Source: Oscillospiraceae bacterium (lineage in GTDB: Bacteria; Bacillota; Clostridia; Oscillospirales; Ruminococcaceae). From it: a stretch of 36,129 nucleotides of DNA. The stretch spans positions 1 to 36,129 of the forward strand of contig JAEDOB010000001.1 of the NCBI GenBank assembly GCA_016302225.1, in the 5' to 3' direction. A program made the translations under genes and the position numbers. This document shows, in pieces, positions 28,336 through 36,129 of this stretch; position 1 is the first letter of the stretch, and each line of letters begins with the position of its first letter. Under the pieces are notes generated by a model. The model was not told the origin of the DNA. It worked only from the letters and a program-made list of their open reading frames with translations, and ran no database searches.

Positions 28336-28677
28336 CTAAAAACTTTTTACTGATATACCGCCATAGTTTATGAGTGTCGATGTTACGGGCTTTCGGCTTT
28401 GTTCGGAGCAGGTTATCTCAAGGGTAACCGATTCTGACAGCTGGGGTTCGAGAAGGTCACCATATGAGCGTTCGGGAACCTGTACGGCGGTCATATTGTT
28501 GTAGGACAAATTTCCGTTTGCGGGACTGTATGCGGGGTAAATGCGGTAGCTTGTGTTCTGAAAACGTCCGCCTTTTTCTTTGATGTTTATGCCGACTATT
28601 CCGCTGACGCTGCGTTTTAAGGCTGTGCAGGCTCTTTCGGCGGTGTCGGTGCTTTCAAATTCTGCTGTTATTTTCAT
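28336..28677 (-). CDS. Hypothetical protein (113 aa)
   Basis: ATG 28677, stop TAG 28336-38. It is co-oriented with and upstream of the S1 gene. No motif I recognise. Confidence 0.5.
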   Translation of the reverse strand: MKITAEFESTDTAERACTALKRSVSGIVGINIKEKGGRFQNTSYRIYPAYSPANGNLSYNNMTAVQVPERSYGDLLEPQLSESVTLEITCSEQSRKPVTSTLINYGGISVKSF

Positions 28678-28778
28678 ATTTTTTTATCCTTTCATATAGC
28701 TTCTTGAATGATAAGCTTCATATTTGGTATCATATTTGCTATTATTGCAAAAAAATTATTAAATATTGCAGAAAACAA

Positions 28779-28808
28779 TTGCCTTTTCAGGTATAACAAT
28801 GGTATAAT
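28779..28808 (+). promoter_or_regulatory. Sigma-A type promoter for the DUF951-prfA operon
   Basis: TTGCCT 28779-84, an 18-nt spacer, and extended -10 TGgTATAAT (28800-08). Confidence 0.55.
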
Positions 28809-28858
28809 AAAAGCGTATGCAGTTATGTATTTTTTGAATCGTGTGTGAGGTGAAAAAA

Positions 28859-29050
28859 ATGGACGTAAGACCCGAGGATATTCTGAAAATGAAAAAGAAA
28901 CACCCCTGCGGCGCAGACAGTTTCCTCGTCCTGCGTTCGGGAATGGATTTCAAGCTTCGCTGCACAGGCTGCGGCAGAGAATTTATGATAGCCAGAAGCA
29001 AGATAGAAAAGAATATCAAAAGCATTATCAGAGAAAAGGAAGAGCCTTAG
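28859..29050 (+). CDS. DUF951-family small protein
   Basis: ATG 28859 with a gaggtg SD. 63 aa (MDVRPEDILKMKKKHPCGADSFLVLRSGMDFKLRCTGCGREFMIARSK) with a Cx...CxxC pattern typical of DUF951, as I recall it. Confidence 0.75.
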   Translation: MDVRPEDILKMKKKHPCGADSFLVLRSGMDFKLRCTGCGREFMIARSKIEKNIKSIIREKEEP

Positions 29051-29094
29051 CCGTTTTTTCGTTAATAAATTAATTACGAAAGGAACGGTTATCA

Positions 29095-30171
29095 ATGTTT
29101 GAAAATTTAAAGCTTACAGAGCAGAAATATAACGAAATAAGCGAGATGCTTTCCGACCCCGCAGTTATTTCCGATTCGTCAAAGTACACTTCGCTTATGA
29201 AGGATTACAAAAATCTTACCCCGCTTATAGAAAAATACAGGGAATATCAGGCTTCGGAAAAGGCTGCCGAGGAAGCCCGTCAGCTTCTTGATGAGGGCGG
29301 TCTTGACCATGATTTCAAGGAGCTTGCTCAGTCGGAATTGGAGGAAAACAAGGCAAAATGTGAGGAGCTTTCGGAGGAATTGAAGATACTTCTTCTGCCG
29401 AAAGACCCCAATGATGACAGGAACGTTATTGTTGAGATAAGAGGCGGTGCAGGCGGCGAAGAATCTGCGCTGTTTGCAAATTCGCTTTTCAGAATGTACT
29501 CCATGTATGCCGCTTCAAAGGGCTGGAGAAGTGAAGTCATCAGTGCAAATGAAACAGAGCTTGGCGGTTACAAGGAGATATGTTTCTCCCTTAGCGGTAA
29601 TGAGGTCTACTCCCGTCTGAAATTTGAAAGCGGAGTTCACCGTGTTCAGCGTGTTCCCGAAACGGAATCTCAGGGACGAGTTCACACGTCTACGGTGACC
29701 GTTGCCGTACTTCCCGAGGCGGAAGATGTGGAGCTGGAGATAAATCCCGCAGACCTTAAAATCGACGTTTTCAGAGCGTCGGGCGCAGGCGGACAGCATA
29801 TTAATAAGACCGAATCTGCTGTAAGAATCACCCATCTTCCCACGGGTATGGTCGTCGAATGTCAGGACGAGAGAAGCCAGTATAAAAACAAGGACAAGGC
29901 TATGAAGGTTCTCAGAACACGTCTTTACGACCAAATGTTACAGGAGCAGAACGAAAAGATCGCTTCTGAGAGAAAATCACAGGTCGGCACGGGAAAGCGT
30001 TCCGAGCGTATCAGGACATATAATTTCCCCGAGGGCAGAGTTACCGACCATAGGATAGGGCTGACGCTTTACAGGCTTGATTACGTTTTGAACGGCAATC
30101 TTGACGAATTTGTGGACGCACTCATTACCGCCGACAGGGCTGCAAAGCTTGCGGAACAGGGAACAAATTAA
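29095..30171 (+). CDS. prfA: Peptide chain release factor 1
   Basis: 358 aa. GGQ loop [11 protein letters not shown], the PxT-type tripeptide region [12 protein letters not shown], and no frameshift site. Confidence 0.96.
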   Translation: MFENLKLTEQKYNEISEMLSDPAVISDSSKYTSLMKDYKNLTPLIEKYREYQASEKAAEEARQLLDEGGLDHDFKELAQSELEENKAKCEELSEELKILLLPKDPNDDRNVIVEIRGGAGGEESALFANSLFRMYSMYAASKGWRSEVISANETELGGYKEICFSLSGNEVYSRLKFESGVHRVQRVPETESQGRVHTSTVTVAVLPEAEDVELEINPADLKIDVFRASGAGGQHINKTESAVRITHLPTGMVVECQDERSQYKNKDKAMKVLRTRLYDQMLQEQNEKIASERKSQVGTGKRSERIRTYNFPEGRVTDHRIGLTLYRLDYVLNGNLDEFVDALITADRAAKLAEQGTN

Positions 30172-30204
30172 CTTATTTTTACACACGTAGGAGCATATAA
30201 TAAA

Positions 30205-31227
30205 ATGGTTTACGATACTCGGATAATTTCCGATTCAGATGAGGACTTGCAATATGCCGCACAGCTTATAAAGGACGGTAAAATTGTGGGTATGCCTACG
30301 GAAACGGTTTACGGGCTTGCTGCTGATGCGCTGAATCCGTCTGCCGTTGCGGATATTTTCAAGGCAAAGGGCAGACCGCAGGATAATCCCTTGATAGTTC
30401 ATCTTGCATCGGTGAATGATATTGAGAAGTATACTCGGAATATTCCCAAAACGGCTTACAGGCTGGCGGAAATGTTCTGTCCCGGCCCGCTTACAATGGT
30501 TCTGCCGAAAAGGGAGTGCATTCCCGATATTACAAGTGCGGGGCTTGATACTGTCGGCATAAGAATTCCTGTGGACAGCACAGCACGGCGTTTTATTGCT
30601 GCCTGCGGAACGCCAATTGCTGCACCTTCGGCAAATCTTTCGGGAAGTCCCAGCCCCACAACGGCAAAGCACGTTTTTCAGGATATGAATGGCAGAATAC
30701 CCGCAATTATTGACGGCGGGAGCTGCTGTGTTGGCGTGGAATCTACTGTTGTTGCCTTTGAGGGTGACAAAATAGTACTGCTGCGTCCCGGATTTATTTC
30801 GCCCGAGGAGCTTTCTGCGGCGGGGAAGGTCATTATCGGAAAAGGAATAACCGAAGCACTTTCTGACGGTGAGATAGTCAGATCTCCGGGAATGAAGTAC
30901 AAGCACTATTCTCCAAAGGCAAATGTTACCATTATCGAGGGAAGCTCCGAAAAATACGCCGAGTATGTGATTTCAAACAATGAAAGCGGAACAGCTGCAA
31001 TGTGCTTTGATTCGGAAACAGCTGAACTCATACGCTGCGGTGTGAAATGCGTACCCTACGGCGATACCTCCGAGGAACAGGCGCAGCACCTTTTTATGTG
31101 CCTTAGAGAATGTGACGAGTTAGGATTCAAGCAGGTCTACGCACATTGTCCCGAAAAAAACGGCGTAGGACTTGCGGTATATAACAGGCTGCTGAGAGCG
31201 GCGGGATTTGAGGTGATAAAGCTATGA
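30205..31227 (+). CDS. tsaC: L-threonylcarbamoyladenylate synthase (Sua5/YwlC type)
   Basis: 340 aa. PTETVYGLAADA, KGRPQDNPLIVH, SANLSG, and a C-terminal Sua5 domain. Confidence 0.92.
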   Translation: MVYDTRIISDSDEDLQYAAQLIKDGKIVGMPTETVYGLAADALNPSAVADIFKAKGRPQDNPLIVHLASVNDIEKYTRNIPKTAYRLAEMFCPGPLTMVLPKRECIPDITSAGLDTVGIRIPVDSTARRFIAACGTPIAAPSANLSGSPSPTTAKHVFQDMNGRIPAIIDGGSCCVGVESTVVAFEGDKIVLLRPGFISPEELSAAGKVIIGKGITEALSDGEIVRSPGMKYKHYSPKANVTIIEGSSEKYAEYVISNNESGTAAMCFDSETAELIRCGVKCVPYGDTSEEQAQHLFMCLRECDELGFKQVYAHCPEKNGVGLAVYNRLLRAAGFEVIKL

Positions 31228-31850
31228 GCGACGATGTTCACGTTGTCGGATTGACAGGACAGAGCGGTGCGGGGAAAACCACCGTTTGCAAGGTTTTCGA
31301 GGAAAACGGCTTTTCTGTTATTAACTGCGACCTTATTTCCAGACAGGTCACGGAAAAGGGAAGTCCTTGTCTTTCGCAGCTTGCCGAATGCTTCGGAAAG
31401 GATATAATCCGTCCCGACGGTACTCTTGACAGGCGTAAGCTGGGGGATATTGTTTTCGGAAACAGAGAGCTGCTTTATCAGCTTAACGGCATTTGCTATC
31501 CGTATATTACATATCAGATAGTGGAGCGTCTTAAAGCACTGAAAGAAAGCGGTCAGCGTTATGTTCTGCTTGATGCACCGACCTTGTTTGAAAGCCGTGC
31601 AGATGATTTCTGCGACCTGATAATAAGTGTGACTGCCGACAAGGAGTCCCGTCTGAAACGTATTTTGGAGCGTGACGGCATTACGGAGGAGCAGGCATTG
31701 AAGCGTTTCGCATCTCAGCATACCGAGGAATTTTTCAGAAGCCGTTCCGATTACATTATCATAAATAATAAAGATATACCAATACTTATCGAAAAGGCAA
31801 AAGAGGTTTCCGATAAGGTCAAGGAGTATTTTAATGCGCAAACTGATTAA
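31224..31850 (+). CDS. coaE: Dephospho-CoA kinase
   Basis: The ATGA overlaps the tsaC stop. P-loop GLTGQSGAGKTT. 208 aa. Confidence 0.92.
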   Translation: MSDDVHVVGLTGQSGAGKTTVCKVFEENGFSVINCDLISRQVTEKGSPCLSQLAECFGKDIIRPDGTLDRRKLGDIVFGNRELLYQLNGICYPYITYQIVERLKALKESGQRYVLLDAPTLFESRADDFCDLIISVTADKESRLKRILERDGITEEQALKRFASQHTEEFFRSRSDYIIINNKDIPILIEKAKEVSDKVKEYFNAQTD

Positions 31851-32400
31851 GCTTACTGCGTTTTTGCTGGCTGCCGCTGTTATTATCGGTATGATAAAAC
31901 TTCCCGATATTGCACGGCGGTTCATATATCCCACCGATTACGGTGAATATATCACGGAATATTCGGCGCAGTTTGAGGTTGACAGATACTTTATTTTCGC
32001 AGTTGTCAAGACAGAAAGCAACTTTGACCCCAATGCTACTTCCGATGTTGGTGCAAGAGGACTTATGCAGCTTATGCCCGATGCTTACGATTGGGTAAAG
32101 TTTCGTATGGACGATAAGCGTGTCACCACATTTGACAATATGTATGACCCCGAGCTCAATGTTGAATACGGCACATATATGCTCAGCCTTTTTCTGGAGG
32201 AGTACAGCGGAAATTACGAAACTGCACTTGCTGCATATCATTCGGGAAGAGGAAATGTCAACAAATGGCTCAAAGACCCCGAATACAGTTCGGACGGCAC
32301 TGCGCTGGACAAGATACCGTCAGCCGCCACCGCTCACTATGTTGACAAGGTTATGAGAGCCTATAAATCATATACTATCTTATATTCCGAATCGGAATAA
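31834..32400 (+). CDS. Lytic transglycosylase (SLT domain) with N-terminal membrane anchor
   Basis: ESNFDPNATSDVGARGLMQLMP and AAYHSGRGNV. It overlaps the coaE end by 17 nt and has an aaggag SD. Confidence 0.88.
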   Translation: MRKLIKLTAFLLAAAVIIGMIKLPDIARRFIYPTDYGEYITEYSAQFEVDRYFIFAVVKTESNFDPNATSDVGARGLMQLMPDAYDWVKFRMDDKRVTTFDNMYDPELNVEYGTYMLSLFLEEYSGNYETALAAYHSGRGNVNKWLKDPEYSSDGTALDKIPSAATAHYVDKVMRAYKSYTILYSESE

Positions 32401-32426
32401 TCGAAAAATCGAAAGGATCTGAAATT

Positions 32427-33833
32427 ATGGCAAAGGAAAAAACAAGTGCCGCAAAGCAGCTTCAGGAAAAGCTCTGCTACAAGAAGCAGAACGGCGGTAT
32501 GAAGCTCGGCGACAAGGAGATCAAGGAATGTGACAAGTTCGGCGAGAAATACAAGAGCTTTCTCGATGCGGCAAAGACAGAGAGAGAAGCTGTTATTTAT
32601 GCTGAAAAGCTTGCTGTTGAAGCAGGCTATGTTCCCTATACAAGCGATATGAAGCTTAAATCGGGGGATAAAATTTATGTAAATAATAGGGGAAAGGCTA
32701 TTATTCTTGCAATAATAGGTTCTGAGCCTATTGAGAAGGGCGTTCATATTGCAGCTGCGCATATTGATTCTCCCAGACTTGACCTGAAACAGTGTCCGCT
32801 TTATGAGGACAATGAAATGGCACTGTTTAAGACACATTATTACGGCGGTATCAAGAAATATCAGTGGGCTGCTATTCCTCTGGCACTGCACGGAGTTGTT
32901 GTTCTCAGCGACGGCAGCAAGGTTACCGTAAATATCGGTGAGGACGAAAAGGACCCCGTTTTCTGCGTTACCGACCTTCTTCCTCATCTGGCACAGGAGC
33001 AGATGAAGAGAACTCTTTCCGATGGAATAAAGGGTGAGGAGCTGAACATTCTGGTAGGTTCCCGTCCCTTCAAGGACGATGAAGCAAGCGAGAGAGTAAA
33101 GCTTAACATTCTCGATATTCTCAACAAGAAATACGGTATGACCGAGGCGGATTTCCTTTCGGCAGAGCTGGAGGCTGTTCCCGCATTTAAGGCGAAGGAT
33201 ATTGGCTTTGACAGAAGTATGATAGGCTCCTACGGTCATGATGACAGAGTTTGCGGATATACCGCTCTCAAGGCTATCCTTGACTGCAAAAAGGTGAAAA
33301 AGACCGCTGTTGTTATCCTCACCGACAAGGAGGAAACAGGCAGTGACGGCAACACGGGACTTCGTTCTTCATACCTCAAATACTTCCTTATGGACATTGC
33401 CGAGAGTATGGGCGCAAAGGGAAGAACCGTTATCTCCAATTCCGAGTGCCTGTCCGCTGACGTAAATGCTGCATTTGACCCCACGTTCCCCGATGTGGTC
33501 GACAGAAAAAATGCGGCTTATCTGAATTACGGCGTTGTTGTGACTAAGTTTACAGGTTCAAGAGGAAAATCGGGAACCTCCGACGCTTCCGCTGAATTTG
33601 TGGGACGTGTCCGCAAGCTTATGGACGATAACGACATTATCTGGCAGACAGGTGAGCTTGGCAAGGTTGACCTTGGCGGCGGCGGAACGGTTGCTGCATA
33701 TATTGCAAATCTCAATATTGATGTTATTGACGTAGGAGTTCCCGTGCTCTGTATGCACGCTCCCTTTGAAATAGTTTCTAAGATCGATGTATTTATGACC
33801 TACAAGGCATTTTACGCATTTCTTGCCGAATAA
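32427..33833 (+). CDS. M18-family aminopeptidase
   Basis: 468 aa. AAHIDSPRLDLK, GHDDRVCGY, DKEETGSDG, CMHAPFE. Confidence 0.88.
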   Translation: MAKEKTSAAKQLQEKLCYKKQNGGMKLGDKEIKECDKFGEKYKSFLDAAKTEREAVIYAEKLAVEAGYVPYTSDMKLKSGDKIYVNNRGKAIILAIIGSEPIEKGVHIAAAHIDSPRLDLKQCPLYEDNEMALFKTHYYGGIKKYQWAAIPLALHGVVVLSDGSKVTVNIGEDEKDPVFCVTDLLPHLAQEQMKRTLSDGIKGEELNILVGSRPFKDDEASERVKLNILDILNKKYGMTEADFLSAELEAVPAFKAKDIGFDRSMIGSYGHDDRVCGYTALKAILDCKKVKKTAVVILTDKEETGSDGNTGLRSSYLKYFLMDIAESMGAKGRTVISNSECLSADVNAAFDPTFPDVVDRKNAAYLNYGVVVTKFTGSRGKSGTSDASAEFVGRVRKLMDDNDIIWQTGELGKVDLGGGGTVAAYIANLNIDVIDVGVPVLCMHAPFEIVSKIDVFMTYKAFYAFLAE

Positions 33834-33846
33834 TTTAAAGCGTTTT

Positions 33847-33885
33847 TCGCCGCATTGTCATTAGCTTGACAGTGCGGCGAATTTT
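33847..33885 (+). terminator. Intrinsic terminator after the aminopeptidase gene
   Basis: 14-bp stem 33847-60 / 33867-80 (one G-U), a 6-nt loop, then aTTTTg. Confidence 0.8.
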
Positions 33886-33892
33886 GTAAAGC

Positions 33893-33911
33893 GACAGTAA
33901 CATTTACTGTC
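33893..33911. promoter_or_regulatory. Candidate operator: inverted repeat plus repeated TTTAC(TG) half-sites
   Basis: gacagtaa-cat-ttactgtc (33893-33911). tttactg recurs at 33930-36 and atttac at 33939-44, inside the promoter spacer. Confidence 0.5.
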
Positions 33912-33923
33912 AAAACAAAGTGC

Positions 33924-33952
33924 TTGATGTTTACTGCAATTTACATTATAAT
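33924..33952 (+). promoter_or_regulatory. Sigma-A type promoter for the regulator/ABC operon
   Basis: TTGATG 33924-29, a 17-nt spacer, and TATAAT 33947-52. The SD gaggtgagg precedes ATG 33972. Confidence 0.55.
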
Positions 33953-33971
33953 AATATCAAGAGGTGAGGAA

Positions 33972-34406
33972 ATGAATACATCAAATCTGAAAAAGCTGAG
34001 AAAGGCGGCAAAGCTTACTCAGGAGGACGTTGCGGAAAGGCTGAATGTATCAAGACAGTCGGTTGCAAAATGGGAAAGCGGTGAGTCATTGCCCGATATT
34101 GATAACTGCATTGCCTTATCAAGACTGTATAATGTAACGCTTGACGACCTGGTTTTATATGCGAAAAATCCCGAAGACGACTGCACCCCAAAAGGAAAGC
34201 ATATTTTTGGCGTTGTAAAGATAGACGATAAGGGGCAGATAGTTATTCCCGCAAAGGCAAGAGAGGTATTCGACCTGAAAAGCGGTGACAAGCTGCTGCT
34301 TATGGGCGATGAAGCTCAGGGAATCGCAATGGTAAAGCTGAATAACTTCCTTTCGGCGACCGCTGAGATACTTAAAATTATCCAGGAAACCGATACTGAC
34401 GACTAA
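33972..34406 (+). CDS. XRE-family HTH regulator fused to a SpoVT/AbrB-like domain
   Basis: ATG 33972. N-terminal HTH_3 (LRKAAKLTQEDVAERLNVSRQSVAKWESGESLP). The C-terminal segment GVVKIDDKGQIVIPAKAREVFDLKSGDKLLLMG is typical of AbrB/MazE/SpoVT swapped-hairpin domains. Confidence 0.8.
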   Translation: MNTSNLKKLRKAAKLTQEDVAERLNVSRQSVAKWESGESLPDIDNCIALSRLYNVTLDDLVLYAKNPEDDCTPKGKHIFGVVKIDDKGQIVIPAKAREVFDLKSGDKLLLMGDEAQGIAMVKLNNFLSATAEILKIIQETDTDD

Positions 34407-34428
34407 TTCATCAAAGGAGCAAAAATCA

Positions 34429-35148
34429 ATGTATGCAGTAGAAATCAACGATTTGACAAAGAAATATAAAAATCTCACGGCGGTTGACTCATTGTCGCTG
34501 AAGATCAACGACGGAGAGGTCATTTCGCTTCTGGGAATGAACGGCGCAGGCAAGACTACCACCATCAAAATGCTGTCCTGCCTGACAAAGCCCACTTCCG
34601 GCGACGCTATAGTTTACGGTAAAAGCGTTACAACTCAGTGCAATGAGGTCAAGGAAATGATTGGCATTTCGCCTCAGGAAAATGCTGCTGCCATAAACCT
34701 TACCGTTGAAGAAAATCTTCGCTTTATGTGCGGTATTTACGGCATTGACAAGAAAACTGCCGATGAAAATATCGAGAGGATAGTTGAGCAGTTCAGTCTT
34801 AAAAAGGTGCTGAACACACGAGCAGGAAAGCTTTCGGGCGGCTGGCACAAACGCCTGAGCATTGCCATGGCGCTTATTACAAATCCGAAAATACTGTTCC
34901 TTGATGAGCCTACTCTGGGACTTGACGTTGTGGCACGGCGTGAGCTTTGGAGCGTTATAGAGTCCCTCAAGGGTAAGATGACGATCATTATCACAACTCA
35001 TTATATGGAAGAATCTGAGCATCTGGCTGACCGTATTGCAATTATGAAGGACGGCAAGCTAAAGGAATTCTGTACGCTGGAAGAATTGCAGCAGAAAACA
35101 GGCGAGGAAAGCCTTGAAGAGGCATTTCTTAAAATCACAGTGAATTGA
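34429..35148 (+). CDS. ABC transporter ATP-binding protein
   Basis: Walker A GMNGAGKTT, signature LSGGWHKR, Walker B LFLDEPTLGLD, H-loop TTHYMEE. Confidence 0.93.
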   Translation: MYAVEINDLTKKYKNLTAVDSLSLKINDGEVISLLGMNGAGKTTTIKMLSCLTKPTSGDAIVYGKSVTTQCNEVKEMIGISPQENAAAINLTVEENLRFMCGIYGIDKKTADENIERIVEQFSLKKVLNTRAGKLSGGWHKRLSIAMALITNPKILFLDEPTLGLDVVARRELWSVIESLKGKMTIIITTHYMEESEHLADRIAIMKDGKLKEFCTLEELQQKTGEESLEEAFLKITVN

Positions 35149-35159
35149 AGGAGCAGAAA

Positions 35160-35912
35160 ATGAAAAGTCTAATTTTTGCCAACAGAAATCTTAAAGAAAT
35201 AATGAGAGATCCCCTTAGCTGGATATTTTGCCTGGGATTTCCGCTTGTAATGCTGATCGTTATGTCCATCATCAATAACAGCATTCCTCCGCAGGCGGGT
35301 ATGACGCTGTTTCAAATACAGAATCTGACACCGGGAATTGCTGTTTTCGGTCTGACATTTGTAATGCTGTTTGCTGCTCTGCTTATTTCAGGTGACAGAC
35401 AGCAGGCGTTTCTGCTTAGAATCTTCACATCACCTATGAGGTCCTCCGATTATATTGTAGGCTACATTATCCCGCTTATCGCATTATCCGCAGGTCAATC
35501 TGTAATAACAGGCATTGCAGGTCTGATAATGGGACTTACAAGTGATGTAACGCTGAATTTTCTAAATATTTTAGCATCGATTATTATCTCTATTCCGTCA
35601 ATTATAATGTTTATAGGATTTGGTCTGCTTTTTGGAACATTGCTTAACAAGAATGCCGCACCGGGTATCTGCTCCATAATCATTACATTTTCGGGAATGT
35701 TCGGCGGAATCTGGATGGACGTTGATGCTATGGGCGGTACGCTGGCTAAGCTGTGCAATGATCTGCCGTTTATTCACGCAGTTAAGGCAGCAAGATTTGC
35801 ATATGCGGGCGAATTTGCAGACAGCTTTTCGCAGACAGGAATTGTTGCGATCTGGGCAATCGTTGTTATAACCTTGTCAATTATCGTATTCAAAAAGAAA
35901 ATGAGATTCTGA
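35160..35912 (+). CDS. ABC-2 type transporter permease
   Basis: ATG 35160 with an aaggag SD; the ORF-track TTG 35145 is in the same frame. About six hydrophobic helices. It is coupled to the ATPase gene. Confidence 0.85.
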   Translation: MKSLIFANRNLKEIMRDPLSWIFCLGFPLVMLIVMSIINNSIPPQAGMTLFQIQNLTPGIAVFGLTFVMLFAALLISGDRQQAFLLRIFTSPMRSSDYIVGYIIPLIALSAGQSVITGIAGLIMGLTSDVTLNFLNILASIIISIPSIIMFIGFGLLFGTLLNKNAAPGICSIIITFSGMFGGIWMDVDAMGGTLAKLCNDLPFIHAVKAARFAYAGEFADSFSQTGIVAIWAIVVITLSIIVFKKKMRF

Positions 35913-35928
35913 TAAACAATACAAAGCA

Positions 35929-35964
35929 AATCCGCAGGAATTGAAAACCTCCTGCGGATTTTTT
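35929..35964. terminator. Terminator between the convergent permease and recombinase genes
   Basis: 11-bp stem aatccgcagga 35929-39 / tcctgcggatt 35950-60, a 10-nt loop, and a T-run extending to 35964. The opposite strand has a weaker U-rich tail. Confidence 0.8.
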
Positions 35965-35973
35965 GCAATATGA

Positions 35974-36129
35974 TCAGTTCTTGTCGTCCTCGTCATTATC
36001 GTCATTACCGTTATCTCCGCCTGCGGTAATGTTGGCAAGGGGAGAAGCGTCGATGGCGTTTTTGAGGTTTTCGTTTGAAATGTGGGTATATATCTCGGTG
36101 GTGGCAATGCTTTTGTGTCCAAGAATGTC
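35974..36129 (-). CDS. Tyrosine recombinase/integrase, C-terminal fragment (runs off the window)
   Basis: Not in the ORF track. My reverse-complement translation from 36129 reads DILGHKSIATTEIYTHISNENLKNAIDASPLANITAGGDNGNDDNDEDDKN*, with stop TGA at 35974-76. LGHxSxxTTxxYTH is box II, containing the catalytic Tyr. Confidence 0.8.
   Translation of the reverse strand, partial: DILGHKSIATTEIYTHISNENLKNAIDASPLANITAGGDNGNDDNDEDDKN

Noticed and set aside
35877-36122. ORF-track 81-aa minus-strand ORF at the window end
   Set aside because: It is in the wrong frame. The neighbouring frame, open to the window edge, encodes a clear tyrosine recombinase box II (LGHKSIATTEIYTH), and this ORF would also run through the terminator hairpin.

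Overview
This is a densely packed, mostly plus-strand core-genome window. Gene order suggests a moderate-GC Firmicute, probably Clostridia-like; that is an inference from synteny (split transketolase, gatCAB, ylm/sepF/divIVA cluster, DnaD plus DnaC-like loader pair). The order is: mutL (5'-truncated)-miaA-hfq; a membrane-anchored coiled-coil protein; yggS/ylmE-sepF-ylmH-divIVA; ileS-lspA-rluD; a Cof-type HAD hydrolase; split transketolase; ligA-[orphan ORF]-gatCAB; an inverted DnaD-like/DnaC-like loader pair; a two-gene unknown cassette (membrane protein plus PD40-like beta-propeller); glyA; an AT-rich islet encoding a small ankyrin-repeat protein; rarA. These are followed by a minus-strand unknown 113-aa ORF and an S1-domain protein; DUF951-prfA-tsaC(sua5)-coaE-SLT transglycosylase-M18 aminopeptidase; an XRE/AbrB-fusion regulator with an ABC-2 exporter; and the 3' end of a tyrosine recombinase, which is absent from the ORF track because it runs off the window. 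I found no rRNA, tRNA, CRISPR array, IS element or recognisable defence, toxin or phage module. I do not see a convincing multi-gene novel system. The best leads are: (1) an uncharacterised, compositionally atypical 244-aa ORF wedged by 11-nt overlaps between ligA and gatC; (2) a ~136-bp long imperfect palindrome between transketolase and ligA; (3) the unknown membrane/beta-propeller pair behind a consensus promoter; (4) the AT-rich ankyrin islet; (5) the dual-DNA-binding-domain regulator plus ABC-2 cassette next to a recombinase gene. All product calls rest on motifs read by eye from the translations. No database search was run.
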